A stretch of 64,000 bases of DNA. It comes from Amphiscolops sp. MND2022. Its lineage: Eukaryota. Positions 10,831-22,393 of the stretch are shown here, one piece after another. The notes under the pieces were generated by a model that worked only from the letters and a program-made list of their open reading frames with translations, was not told the origin of the DNA and did not search any database. The stretch is from positions 65,102,001 to 65,166,000 of the forward strand of contig OZ076409.1 of NCBI GenBank assembly GCA_964187785.1, given 5' to 3'. The position numbers were made by a program, and so were the translations under genes. Numbering within the stretch: the first letter of the stretch is position 1; each line of letters opens with the position of its first letter.

Positions 10831-13800
10831 CTAATATCTGTATTCATCAGTAAAGTTGGGGGTGGGGTTATGTCGAAGATTATATTTCCCTCCTCTAGGG
10901 CTAGAATTTTCTTCATCTTTTCCATTTTCCGATATTCCGGGCACGGTAATATCTACGCCTCCTTTTGAAGCAATTTCCGCGTTTTCTAAATCATTAGTGA
11001 CGTCATTTTGCTTTTCCGTCCCACGTGGCGTTTCGCTCAGCGGGGACGACGTATCTCGGCTAGTGGCCGGTTGCGTCCTTATTTCATCTTCGGTGACGTT
11101 AGTGTCGTCTCGCAACTGCTTTGGCGTCTCGTCCTGTAGGGACGTTGTTTCGCGGTTATTGGACGTGTTCGGCCTAATTTCATTCTTAATGACGTCATCT
11201 TCATTCTTTGCGCTGCTGCGTTCATCTCCATTCGCGCTGCTATTTTCGTTCTCGGTGACGTAATGGTCCACTTCACCGTTCGTGGCGTCTCGTGGCAGAC
11301 GCGTGGCCGTGTCTGGCCAATCATTTTCCCTCGTCTCAAACAGCTCGTATTCGAAGTCCGCTTCCCATGAAATGGTATACAAATCATCTTGCGGTATTAC
11401 AATTTCTTCATCGGGCTGTAATTTCTCTTCTTCGTATTTGTCCTCTAATGGAGCATTTGGGACAAATTTTTTGAGCCTTATCCGGTGCAAGATTTGCGTT
11501 TTATTCGTATTTAAACGACGCACTATATAATTGTTATTTGGTAGAGTTTTTTGAACGACAAAAGGACCAATCCATCGGAAGTCCCTGAATGGTATTTTAG
11601 ATCCTTGGCTATCCGCTTTCGGTTGGAGAACAAAACAGTAGTCTTTCTCCTGTAGCGGAGCCGCTTTGGCCTTGCGGTCGTAGTACTCCTTGTACTTTAA
11701 ATACGACTGCATAATGTTCCTTTTGGTTTGATCAAAGAGGATTTGCGTCCTCTGCTGCAATTCTTCCGCGAATTCAGTCGTCGGTAGGAAATTTTTGTTA
11801 GGATTATTCCCTAATTTGTGATCCAGGACGTTATAGGGAATTCGGCCATGAAAGACTTTGCTAGGCTCACAACCAATACTAGCGTGATAAGTAGTGTTAT
11901 AGTTAAGCACAGCTAATGGTAAATATTTGTGCCATTGACGACGGTATTCCCCTGAGGCCATCTTTAGGTTGGTTTTTAAAGAGGCGTGTGTCCTTTCAAG
12001 TTTACCAATAGTTTGCGGATGTTTAGTAGTGGCACACTTCAATGTGATCCCCAGTATTGCAGTAATTTCTTCTAAAATTTTTGATGTAAATGCGGATCCC
12101 TTGTCCGTGATGAGTGTTGTTGGCAAATACGAATGTTTCGTCATGATGTCAATTATCACCTTGGCTACGTTTGCGGCTGTTGCCTCAATTAGCGGGTAGG
12201 CGAATAAATATCTTGAAAATACATCTATTGCCGTCATCACCGTTTGGTATCCGCCGCTAGTTGGTAAATTTGGCAGTAAATCGATTTGCATGGCATCTTC
12301 TGGGCCTAGGTCCCATTCAGGTAAATTCAGTAATTCTGGGGTGATTACCGTGTTGGGGACCCTTTTGTCCTTGGCACATGTTTCGCAGCCTTCTACCCAT
12401 TTTTTGACGTGTTTTGCAATTCCGGGGTAGTAGTATTTTTGGCGAATTGCCTGTAGCATCTTAGAAATGCCCGGGTGTCGATGTGCCGTGCCATGTATTG
12501 CTTGTAATAATTCTTTGAGTAAATGCTTTGGCAATAAGATTTGATGATATTTGACCTGTCCGGTTTCATCGTAGTACTGCCGCGTCACTATCTCGTCTTT
12601 GAGGATTATTCGGTCTATGTTGTTCAAGTAATACTTGTACCGAATATCCTGTTGAAGGATTTCTTCAGAGTATTCTTCTTTTTGAAGTTTCGCCCTCAAT
12701 TGGAGGAGAATCGGGTCTCTGGATTGTTCAAGCAGTATCTGATTTGTTCTTCTTAATTTCTGCGTGAAATTAGTAATCTCTTCGACGGTATTTTCTGATA
12801 TAGCGTCAATTTGGATTACTGTCTCAGGGACTATGAGGCCCTTTTTGGATTGTTGTTTCCGTTCCCAAATTTGTTGCTCTGTCTCATCGTCTGCCTCAGT
12901 AAAGAAGACCTGCTCTTCCTCAGATACTCCCGCTGATTGAACATTGACCTCAATCGGTCGGGTTTCTACGTCTTCACGTATTTTCAGGACTAACTTTTCA
13001 GTAGGGTCCATTTCCATACGTGACAGGTAGTCCGCCGCTGTGTTATTTTTGCCTGGAATGTGCGCTATGACAAAGTTGAATTGAATGACAAAATCGCAAG
13101 CATTCCAGAGTGGCGGTGGGTTATTTTCGTCTGGAAGAACCTCGTGACCGATTTGTTATCTGTGAGAATGATCACAGGTTGAGGGGTTCCCCAGAAGATA
13201 TGTCCAAATTCTTTAAACGCATAATATATGGCTAGGAATTCCTTTGCGTATATCGACATTTTGAGCTGAGAGGGAGTAAAGGTTTTTGATCCGTAAGCAA
13301 TTGGCGCATATGATTTCTTGACAGAGGTGTATTTTTGATTTGGGTCATCTTCGGTCAGTATGGCGTAACCGGCTGCCGTAAAACTTGCGTCAGTCATGAG
13401 GACTAGCTGTTTGTTGGGCAGTGGTTGTTTCAGCGCTAGTTGACTGCACCTGTCTAAATCTCTGTTGATTTGATTGAACTGTTCAACTAGTTCGGTTGTC
13501 ACTAGGACTTTCTCATCCTTCTTGAGCAGCTGGAAGAAGGGAACTAATTTTTCCGATAATCTGGGTATATAATTCCTGTAGTAGTTGAGGAAACCAAGAT
13601 AACGTTGTAGGGCCTTCTTACACTTCGGGAATTTCGTCTTTTCCAGGAAATTAGTGATTCTTTCTTTTTGGGGTTTTACGCCTTCAGGTGTAATGGTTCT
13701 CCCAAGAAAGTCAATTTCAGTAGCGCCGAAATGGCACTTGTGCATGGACAATTTCAATCCTGCTTCCCTGATACATTGGAACGTTGCTCTTAAGTTGACG

Positions 13801-16031
13801 ATGAGCTGGTTAGCGTCTATCGCCGCGACACCGATATCGTCCACATATTGAGCACATTGGTCTGCTTTTATAACACGATCCAAGTATTCCCTCATGAAAC
13901 TGGAGAAGGCCGACAGGGCTCTACTGAGTCCTTGGGCAAATCTTCTATATGCAAATGTCCTGCTGGCGAAGTTAAAAGCTAGCATTTCAATCGATTTCTG
14001 GTCTGCCATAGGAAGGCAATGATAAGCTTGGGAACAGTCGAGTTTGCAAAAGAGCTTTTTGCCTGCCATATGTTGCGCCGCATCCGTCAAGGTGCTGACT
14101 GGGTGGTTGTTATTGACGTAGTCATCTGAAATCAGATTATTGATCTTTCGCAAATCCACCAACAGTCTCAGTTTTCCATTGGGTTTTTTCTGCGCAAATA
14201 TTGGACTGGCGTACTTCGAGAATGGTAGTGTTGTTATAATCCCATATTTATGGAGTAACGCCAGTTCAACCAATATGTCTTCTTTGAGGTTGACCGGGGT
14301 AGGTAGGCTCTGACTGTAGGCAGGTGATTCGTCTTTTGAGGTCAGTTTGACCGTAATTTCCTCATTGACGCCAATGTCAAATCTATGGCGTGCAAAGATG
14401 TCATGGAATTCCACTAATAGAGTTTCTATTTGTCTGATTTCATGTTGTTGTAACATTGAGTCCTTCCAATCAAAATTGCTGAGGATTTTTCGACGAGATT
14501 CCGCATCGTCGTGCGGGTTAAGTTGTTCTAAACTTTGCAGGTTTCGTAATTCTTTGAGAATTCTTTGTTGTATTGGGGTATGGGTCGTTTCGTCCCCTGG
14601 GTTTTCAGGCGTCGGGAACCAATATTGTTCGTATTGGTCATTATTTCTGTTAGCTTTAAGAAGGCTACTAATATAATAAATAGCGTCGTCTTCATTTTCA
14701 TTCAGTAAGTGCCAGGTGGACACTGGGTCTATTGGCCTGACGTGTTTCATCTGTTCAGGGGTCATCACTGAAAAGTTTGCAATATGCATCCCTTTCTTTA
14801 TTTTATAGGGTTGATCAGTGAAATTGTTGATGTGTATTCTCATAGCCCCTTCATGTAGTGTGACTATGGCGGCACAGAAGGTTATGTCGCCTTCTTCGTG
14901 CAGAAGATCGCTGGGTTGCAGTATGCCCGTAACTGCATTTTCTGCGTAAATTTGTGATTGAATGGGTATGACCACATGGTCATTGGGCGAGATTGTGACA
15001 TCCTCAGGGTTGAGGATGGGTTCCAAAACATTTGAGTATTTATGGTCAGCCGTCTTGAGTTGCATCGAGAAGTAGGGAAAGTTGAGTATACCTTGGCGCA
15101 TGTCCAGGACAGTGTGGTTCCTTTGAAGGAACATTAGTCCAATTATGGGGCTTGACAGTTTTTCCATTACAATGAAAATTTCGTGAAATTCTATGTCGCC
15201 CACTTCGAATTTTAGTTCGACTGTGCTCTTTGGGGTTTCTAAGTCTCCATTTGCGACCATTATTTGGATGGATGGGGCAGGACCTTCTTTTACATTGGAT
15301 TGGGGGGCCAACAGGCGTATTTTCCTGAGGTCTGCTTCCGGGATTGCACTGGAGTGAGCTCCAGTGTCTATCAGGCCATCTAGAGTTAATTCCCCAAAGT
15401 CCATTGGGAAATAGAGCATTCGTCGTTTGAATTTAAGTCCAAGGTTTGTTGAAAGGGGAACGTATGGTAATTCTCCTTCTTTGGCCACTAGGAGGTGTAA
15501 GAAGGCTGTCTCGTCTAAAAGACTATTAGGAGCCTTGTGGTCCTCCTGTGTGTGTATGGCGTCTACTTCTTGTATAGTTGCCTCAAAGTTCGGCTGCCAA
15601 AGATCAATGAGTGCTCGAGACAGTATATTGTCTTCTACCTCTGGATCATCCTCGTCATCAATTGGCGGGTAATCTTCGTTGCAAAAGTGTAGATTTTTCT
15701 TGTCGTACAAGTCTTCATCCCAGTATGGATCTTTGCCAAATTGGGGGTCATGATATTGAGGGTTATAATCTTCGATGGTTTGTAAGGGTCTAAATTGAGT
15801 TTCGGAGTCGTTGTAATTGCTATTCCGTCGATATAAGTATGGGTGATCACTGTAAATGATATATTGAGTTTCTCTGCGGGCGTCGGCCATCTGCTGCTGC
15901 CAGACAGTCGATGGCATCCCTGTGGTGTCGTTTTGAGTTTGTTTATAAGTAATGTTTGCAGGGTCAGATATGACGTACTGTCGTACTGACATCTTGTTAC
16001 ATATTTGGAGTCGTGGCGAAATTAGTTTTTT
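10831..16031 (-). CDS. pol: pol of element A (protease, RT, RNase H, integrase); 1-nt frameshift lesion near 13120
   Basis: LIDTGA protease; QYVDD RT; TDAS...KEFLA...TDNK RNase H; H-x4-H...CETC zinc site and IDLL...TDKG...KLER integrase core. Restoring 1 nt gives KIIPPPLWNAC...AADYLSR, in frame with the 10831-13017 ORF. Confidence 0.93.
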
Positions 16032-17710
16032 GAGTCGGTTTTACGTGAGTTTGATTGGCCTGAAGATGCAGTTTCAGGGTTAGTTGACTTTTTGGACGAT
16101 TTTTCATCGCCAGAGGTGTCATCAGCCTTATCTTCAGGACGTGTCCTTTTGGGGCGTAAATGTGCTCCAGCCCCTTTCCAGCATCTTTCAACGGGGTGAT
16201 TTTTCTTTCCGCAAGTAGGGCATTCTGGGTATGTAGGACGTTGGGGCTTTTTGCCATTTTTGTCCTCCAGTTCTTTCTTCTTTTTCAATTTGAGGCAGCT
16301 CTTATAAGAGTGGCCTGTGGCTTTACAATAAGAGCATTGTGCGTCCTTATTAGTATTTATGCCATTAGAGAGCAAATTGTTGTTACTGGTGGACGCAGAG
16401 GCCATTGTGGCGATTGGCAAATCGTCTGACTCTTCTAATGCGTTGAGTTCAAGCTCTCTTTCAAGATGAGCGACGATTTCTTCATATGTCCCGTTCTCCA
16501 GGCGGGCCATATTGACAGATCGTTTCAATTTTGGAGGCAGTTTTGCGTATAATAAGCTGTCAATCATGCTTTTTGCATTTTCGCCGAAAGCTTTTTCTGC
16601 CCCCTGGTTCAATTCTTCCAAGAAATCCGGCAATTTCATGGTATTCGGATCGAAAGTCAGCCGATGCCATTTGTGTTTTGCCGTTGCTTGGGATTCCGGT
16701 TTGACGTATTTTCTCCGGAATATGATTAGCACATCCTCGAGTGTTTGACGGTTAATTGAGTTTATGTTCCTGAAGGTCTGCAGGGCCCCTTTTCTGAGCA
16801 ATGAGTGAAAATGGTTTATTTTCATTTGCTCTGTCATGGCCGGTTGCATTTTGATCATTGTGTGGAACAAATCTTCAAAGAGTTCGAATTTCTCACTCTT
16901 TCCGTCAAACGTCATAGGTGTTGTTTGGACAGGCCGGATAGTCATCGTTTGGGGTTTATTTTGCAAATTGACTAGTACAACAGCCAATCTATTGAGCGGG
17001 TCCTGAGGTGGCTCTGTGACCTCTGGTTCTGGCGCTGGCAGAGTGGTGTCCAAAGAGACATTGTGGTTAGATTGCTGTCTCTCTAGGTTCGGGATTGAGT
17101 GGATTCGTCCAGTGAGAAATTCAGGTATAGGCTGTTGGGCTTCGTTAGCTCCTGTCACCATGTAAGAGCCACGTCCCGTGGTGTCTCTCAAATCACCAAC
17201 GGACCGTGAGTCCTTTTTCAATAATTTTGTTTTCCAGCCGGATGGATTTTCCCTATTTTCCTGACTGCTAGGGGACATGCTAGTCTCAGTGTCCCGGTTC
17301 CCGGAGGAAGACATTGAACTCACAATATTTTGAATCTCTGGTAACACCTTTTCTGATATGGCAGTACTGATTGCCCTATTTATTTGACTATGTACCATGG
17401 CCATCATGGAATCCATTTCTTGAGACAGTCTAAGATTAAATTCATTTGAGAAAGTTTCAAAGGACTGCCTAACATCGTTCTGCCTGTACTCACTATTCTC
17501 ATGGGAGAAGTTTCTATATTCATCCCTTTGGTACAGATTAGCCTCACTGTCACTACGAACTGAAGATTGTTCAATTGCTTCGGTTAATTCTCTCTCTATG
17601 GGATTGCTACTCCCATTACCTAGCATCACGTCCAGATTGTCCATATCGGACATCATGTCCATTTCTCCAGATTTTCTTGCTTTCGCCTTTTGTCTCCTTG
17701 TGGAAGGCAT
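16022..17710 (-). CDS. gag: gag of element A (562 aa)
   Basis: Capsid-like FDGKSEKFELFE region; two CCHC knuckles CSYCKATGHSYKSC and CPTCGKKNHPVERC; lies directly upstream of pol. Confidence 0.92.
   Translation of the reverse strand: MPSTRRQKAKARKSGEMDMMSDMDNLDVMLGNGSSNPIERELTEAIEQSSVRSDSEANLYQRDEYRNFSHENSEYRQNDVRQSFETFSNEFNLRLSQEMDSMMAMVHSQINRAISTAISEKVLPEIQNIVSSMSSSGNRDTETSMSPSSQENRENPSGWKTKLLKKDSRSVGDLRDTTGRGSYMVTGANEAQQPIPEFLTGRIHSIPNLERQQSNHNVSLDTTLPAPEPEVTEPPQDPLNRLAVVLVNLQNKPQTMTIRPVQTTPMTFDGKSEKFELFEDLFHTMIKMQPAMTEQMKINHFHSLLRKGALQTFRNINSINRQTLEDVLIIFRRKYVKPESQATAKHKWHRLTFDPNTMKLPDFLEELNQGAEKAFGENAKSMIDSLLYAKLPPKLKRSVNMARLENGTYEEIVAHLERELELNALEESDDLPIATMASASTSNNNLLSNGINTNKDAQCSYCKATGHSYKSCLKLKKKKELEDKNGKKPQRPTYPECPTCGKKNHPVERCWKGAGAHLRPKRTRPEDKADDTSGDEKSSKKSTNPETASSGQSNSRKTDSKN
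16025..16031 (-). promoter_or_regulatory. -1 ribosomal frameshift heptamer A AAA AAC
   Basis: TCA AAA AAC TAA ends gag; the -1 frame (LISPRLQICNK-MSVRQ) is open into pol. Confidence 0.85.
17149..17160 (-). promoter_or_regulatory. Primer-binding site of element A (probably tRNA-Leu)
   Basis: TGGTGACAGGAG directly after the LTR-terminal CA; 11/12 match to the complement of the typical animal tRNA-Leu(CAG) 3' end (TGGTGTCAGGAG, from memory). Confidence 0.7.
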
Positions 17711-18764
17711 AAATGGTTGTACTAGAAGTAATATTTGAATTATTCTAGTAATCGGTTATTAACAGTGAAACAATTAATAATTCGTATCTGAGTATTATCG
17801 AAAATAGTGAACTGATAATATTGCAGTTTTCAAAATTGTGTCCCTGAGGACAGCTAGTCCTGGGTATTTATAATCAGGGCGGGGGTGATGATCTATTTTC
17901 AGGGTGTCATGCATCTATTTTTAGAACATTAAGACTAAAAATAGCACCGTGATGTCATCACCGCACTAAATATATACATCAAAGAGCTAGCGGTGGTTGA
18001 ATGTTTATGTGGCCCACAAGGCTACAATGACAATGACAACCAAGAATTACATATGTTTTCATGTAAAGCAACAATTCATGTAATTGCATTTGATCAACAA
18101 TAATTTACATGTACCAATACATTACTCCAAATATTCATGCAAAATATTAATTTCAAACATTGAATAATACAAATAGTCCATTTTCCATTAAAAGAAGTAC
18201 TTATTAAGCACGGTATTTGTATCTTTCATTCAGCACTGGAAACTGCTTTATTCTAATTTGGACTCAGAGTCCATTTGCCATAAATAAGCGGAGAATTGCC
18301 GCCAGTTGACGGCGCATAGCCGTTGAGTCCTTTTATTTAGATTACTGCGCAAGTGAATGGTGTGCTGTGATTGGCCGAGAAATTGGACGGACAGCGCGTC
18401 TAGCGAGACAGGAGAGGAAACATTTGAACTCGTTTCCTCTACCTGTACGCCTTGGTGTCCAATTTCTCAATCAATAAATATATACATGCAATACATATGT
18501 ATTGATATAATACGATCAATTTTGAAACAACTGAATGTTATTTCTGGTTTACAGTAATACAAAATTTTGTATTTAAAGCCATCACGATTATAAACAAAAT
18601 GGTAATTGAAATTAAATTACGACAACGTAGGGTTAAAGTTTTCTGCTAATGGCTGAGAGACATCCGGTCCTCTTCTCTTTAGTTTATTGGCAGGGTACCA
18701 GGGAGAGTGTCATAATTATATCCCACTGAGTACCAGTTTCCGTCACAGGCGGCAGCCTGCGACA
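17161..18764 (-). repeat. 5' LTR of element A (1604 bp), containing the first 183 gag codons
   Basis: TG...CA ends, followed by the PBS; candidate TATAAAT at ~17866-17872 (minus strand) upstream of gag ATG 17710. Confidence 0.95.
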
Positions 18765-18989
18765 CATGCCTCGAATCGCAATGTGATAGAAAATTGTTCC
18801 ACGAAACGTATGATAGCACAACATGTCGACCCATCATGCAGCTGCGCGTTTTATCGAGCAGCTGCGCATGGAAACGTCATGTACAGTCAACTGAGAAATC
18901 AATTTTAAAAAAACAACAAATTATTAAATTCATCGTTTCTGAATAACTTTTTTTGGAATATCAGAATAGATATCCATTAAAGTAACTGA

Positions 18990-19405
18990 AAACAAGACGA
19001 GAACGTCTTAAGTCGGTGCTATATCTAAGGCTCAAAAAGCGCAAAACATTTTTCGGGAAAAAACTTGACATTTTTGAATTTTTTACTTCAAAATATCAAA
19101 AAACTCCAAAGGGGGACCCTTTTGAGACATTAAAAAATTTTGAAAAAAAGTCGCACAGTGCCGGAAAAAAATCGAAAGTGGGGCCCTTTAGGATTGTCCG
19201 GTTTTGTAGGTTACGTTTTAAAAATAAAAAAATGAAAAGGGACCCTCTGTACTGAGTTTGCTTGGCCGGACTTGGCCTGAGTAGGTTTAGTAGTTTTTGT
19301 AAAACGTAGACCGATCAGTGTGAGGCCTGTGGTCTGACGAAAAAAAGGTCAGTGTAATAGTCGGGAAAACGCGCCGTCTTAAAAAGGAAAACGCGCCGTC
19401 TAAAA
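18990..19405 (-). mobile_element. HINE copy, inverted relative to 1366-1970
   Basis: AACAAGACGAGAACGTCTTAAGTCGGTGCTATATCTAAGGCTC at the left and GTGGTCTGACGAAAA...GCGCCGTCTAAAAA at the right are reverse complements of the two ends of 1366-1970. Confidence 0.7.
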
Positions 19406-19556
19406 ACAGTGAGAAGACGACCACCTGGTAGATGCATGGAAAAACTCAAACTACGATGAAAGAACATTTTGTTTTAACGCAACGAACTGGCGGGCTGATG
19501 TTTTCTCCAAAATCACGAGATACAAACTCTCATGATACAAATTTTGCAGCCACATA

Positions 19557-20208
19557 CAAAAGTGTAAGAAAAGAACTGAACCCTTTTTTGTAAGAACAAA
19601 ATTGGACTGCATGTAAACAAAGCTAGCAATTTACATGGTGATTTGTTTCAATCTCTATTTTACTCATGAACTTAAGGAACTGAAAATACAAATTGACTGT
19701 TGAAAAAATTCGGTACAATCGCATAATATATCAGAATCTCTTGACATTGAAATTATAGTGAAAATAAAACCGAAAACATAATCCACAATCTTCGCGGAAA
19801 ATAGCTGTGTCCCACGTATTAAGATAGTAAATGAAATGGGATAACAGAAAACCAATGATCAGAATCTATAGAAAACCAATTATCTTGATGTAAAATAGCT
19901 GAATGTCTTCAGGAAATGAAGAAGTACTTGCCAAATAAACAAAAGTTAAACATTAGCTTCAAATGTTACAAAATTGTCCAAAATGATGTCCCATGTGCCA
20001 GTTCATTAATAAATACAATCAATGAAAAACGAAACTAGGACTTTTCTTTATTATTTGGAAAACCTACTTTTCAAGTGGCCCACAAATTTTAGAACGTATG
20101 TTTGTTTGATTTTCAAGTAAATGGATTATAGCTGAAATCGGAAGAGGTTTTGTCTTGGTCCAATTCTTTCTTTACAAATAGAAGTTCAGTTTATTTGCTG
20201 AAGTATTG
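19557..20208. mobile_element. Diverged copy of the TA-flanked MITE family seen at 62499-63690
   Basis: Starts TA|CAAAAGTGTAAGAAAAGAACTGAACCC; internal blocks match 62510-62640 and 63350-63670; right TIR decayed. Confidence 0.7.
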
Positions 20209-20268
20209 TGGATGAAAGACATTTTGTGTCGAACAACAAGTTCACCTCACCTATCACAAACTGGTACT

Positions 20269-21033
20269 CAGAGACAGGTGAGCCGGCGGCGGAATTGAGC
20301 GGAATTAGGAGAATTGATTGCGCGTAGCTGAAAACGATTTGACTGGCGGAAAATGCCAGAATTGTCAATATAAAACATCATTGGAAAAACTAAAAATGCT
20401 TCAAAGTGCCTACTAACTCCTTAAGCCCCAGACAATGAATTAGTGAGTTACGTATCATTGTCAAACTCGAAATCTTCTTTTCTTTCATCGTTAGGCTATT
20501 TCACTGAATTTAACACTCAACTGCTCACTGTTAATTTACCGCAATCACCTGTTTTTACTGGAATATTATAGAACCAAATTGCCTGGACCAAGCTGTGCTA
20601 CAACAGTTTATCGCGCACGTGAATATCCCGATACTATATATTGTAACGACGGTATTTCATTTTGCAAGTCTTGTTGTTTATCGGTTGATACAAAACAGTT
20701 GAGTTTTAAAGACCACCTCAGTTCCAAACAACTTTGTGAGAATAATGCTAACAGAAACGTTAGGCAGAGACAAATAACGAGGGAAAGTGAAATTGAAGGC
20801 AATGAAGAGCAATCGAATATTGTTATGGATTTCGTAAAATTGTGAGAAATAAAACCCTTCTTTGTCAAACACACGAAACAAAGTTAGATGATCAGGTACC
20901 TCAAAATATGTCGAGTTTTAAAAAAATTATAATTCTTTCATTTTTTTTCATAGCAAACGGAAAAAAAGCAGAATTTGTCCAATGCTGCAGCGGAAGTATA
21001 AAAATTCGGCAGCAGAATACTGTGCTGTCTCTG
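20269..21033 (+). mobile_element. hAT-like deletion derivative carrying a decayed CGGBP1-type zinc-finger fragment
   Basis: Inverted ends CAGAGACAG/CTGTCTCTG; ORF 20579-20845 reads RAREYPDTIYCNDGISFCKSC...KDHLSSK, resembling the CGGBP1/hAT N-terminal finger; TSD not clean. Confidence 0.5.
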
Positions 21034-21076
21034 GCAGTACCAGTGTGGTAGTACAGCAGATCTTTGAGGACGTATA

Positions 21077-22393
21077 AACTAGTGTAAGAAAAAAACTCAA
21101 CCTTTATATGCAAGAATTAGCTTGAACTGCAGGTAAACAAAGCTAGCTTGTTCCATAGTGATTTCTTGACTCAATAGTTGCTTGAAATCACCAGTTTGAT
21201 AACTCTGTTAAAGCAGAGTTAATTGCCACGTGTTGTATTCTCATCACCCCTTTTGAATCTAAAAGATATTTCAGTATAATTCAAATTCTTGGCCCGACAA
21301 ACTACCACTTTCACCTGAGTGAAATGAGGACCAAGAGAAATAGAAGGCCGAGAAGACCGGAAACTCCATCTCCAGAAAGCGAAGTAGAGAGGACTCAGGT
21401 AGAAACCCCTAAAACAGGTAACACAATTTTAACTAATGTCATTTCTGAGAGTCAAAGAAATATAGGTCAAAGTAACGCTCAATCACAACTAAATGAACCC
21501 AACTTGATCAGTAATGAGATACAAGTTTGCAGGCAAATACTAGAAGAAAAGAAAACGACATAATTGCAAAAATGCGAGAGGAAATTCAGAACAAATTTGA
21601 ATCGACACTAAGAGAGATAAAAACTAGTAAAAGGGCGTCTACTGTAACGAATCCAGGGTCAGACACTAATGATACCCAGAACCTTCAGCCATCGGGATCA
21701 AAAGGGAAGATGTCAATGGGAGTACACACATCAAACACTATAGACTCAGATTTAGATGAAGATCATCATTCCCTTAGAGCCTCTAACATGAATGAACTAA
21801 GGAATCCTGCTAAACTGTTTTGCAAATTTGAATTAGACTTAAACGAGTCAATAGTATCAAATGACTACTCTGAGGAGGAGGATTATCACAAATGTTAAAA
21901 AGGGGTAAAATCACCCTAATTAACAGATTCTGTTCATGAAGATTTTGTCAAAACAAATCTAAAATTGAAAAACGAATTTCCAATCATTGCGAATAAACCA
22001 AACTCCGGATATTTTGACAAGAAATGCACTGAAATCTTAGACAACCAATAATCAAAAGATATCCAATACAAACTTCCCTGATGTAAAACAGTTAAATGTC
22101 TCCAGTAGCTCGACAAAATTTAGAAAATCGACAAATCGGCAAAAGTTAGAAAATAGGAGCCAAGAATAGGTTGAAAAAGTGTCCCACATGCCAAACAGTC
22201 CTAAATACCACCAATGTTAAATAATGTAGGGATGTTTTTCTTTACAAACCTATATTTTAAGTGCCTAACAAAACTGCACTATGTTTGTTTATTTGTTTTT
22301 TGAACAACCTTGATAAAAGCAGAATTCGGAGCTATTTTCTTGGTCTATTTCTTTTTAAATAAATGACGGTTAAGTTCATTTCTAACACTATTG
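21077..22393. mobile_element. Third MITE copy (62499 family), interrupted by an insertion
   Basis: Left end TA|AACTAGTGTAAGAAAA; right end CTAACACTATTG|TA. Confidence 0.6.
21195..21890 (+). mobile_element. Probable solo LTR of an element-A-like family, containing a gag N-terminal remnant
   Basis: Ends T(T)TGATAA...TTATCACA; frameshifted ORF MRTKRNRRPRR...MREEIQNKFE...SEEEDYH runs to the terminal CA, as gag does in element A; interrupts a MITE; TSD not evident. Confidence 0.5.

Larger units (their letters stand above)
2933..18764 (-). mobile_element. Element A: full-length 15.8-kb Ty3/Gypsy-order LTR retrotransposon with cargo genes
   Basis: Two ~1.6-kb direct repeats bounded by TGT...ACA; 5-bp TSD CATGC at 2928-2932 and 18765-18769; PBS, PPT; gag then PR-RT-RH-IN order. 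Confidence 0.96.

Noticed and set aside
10856..15793. Short plus-strand ORFs opposite pol of element A
   Set aside because: Antisense shadows of a long coding frame.
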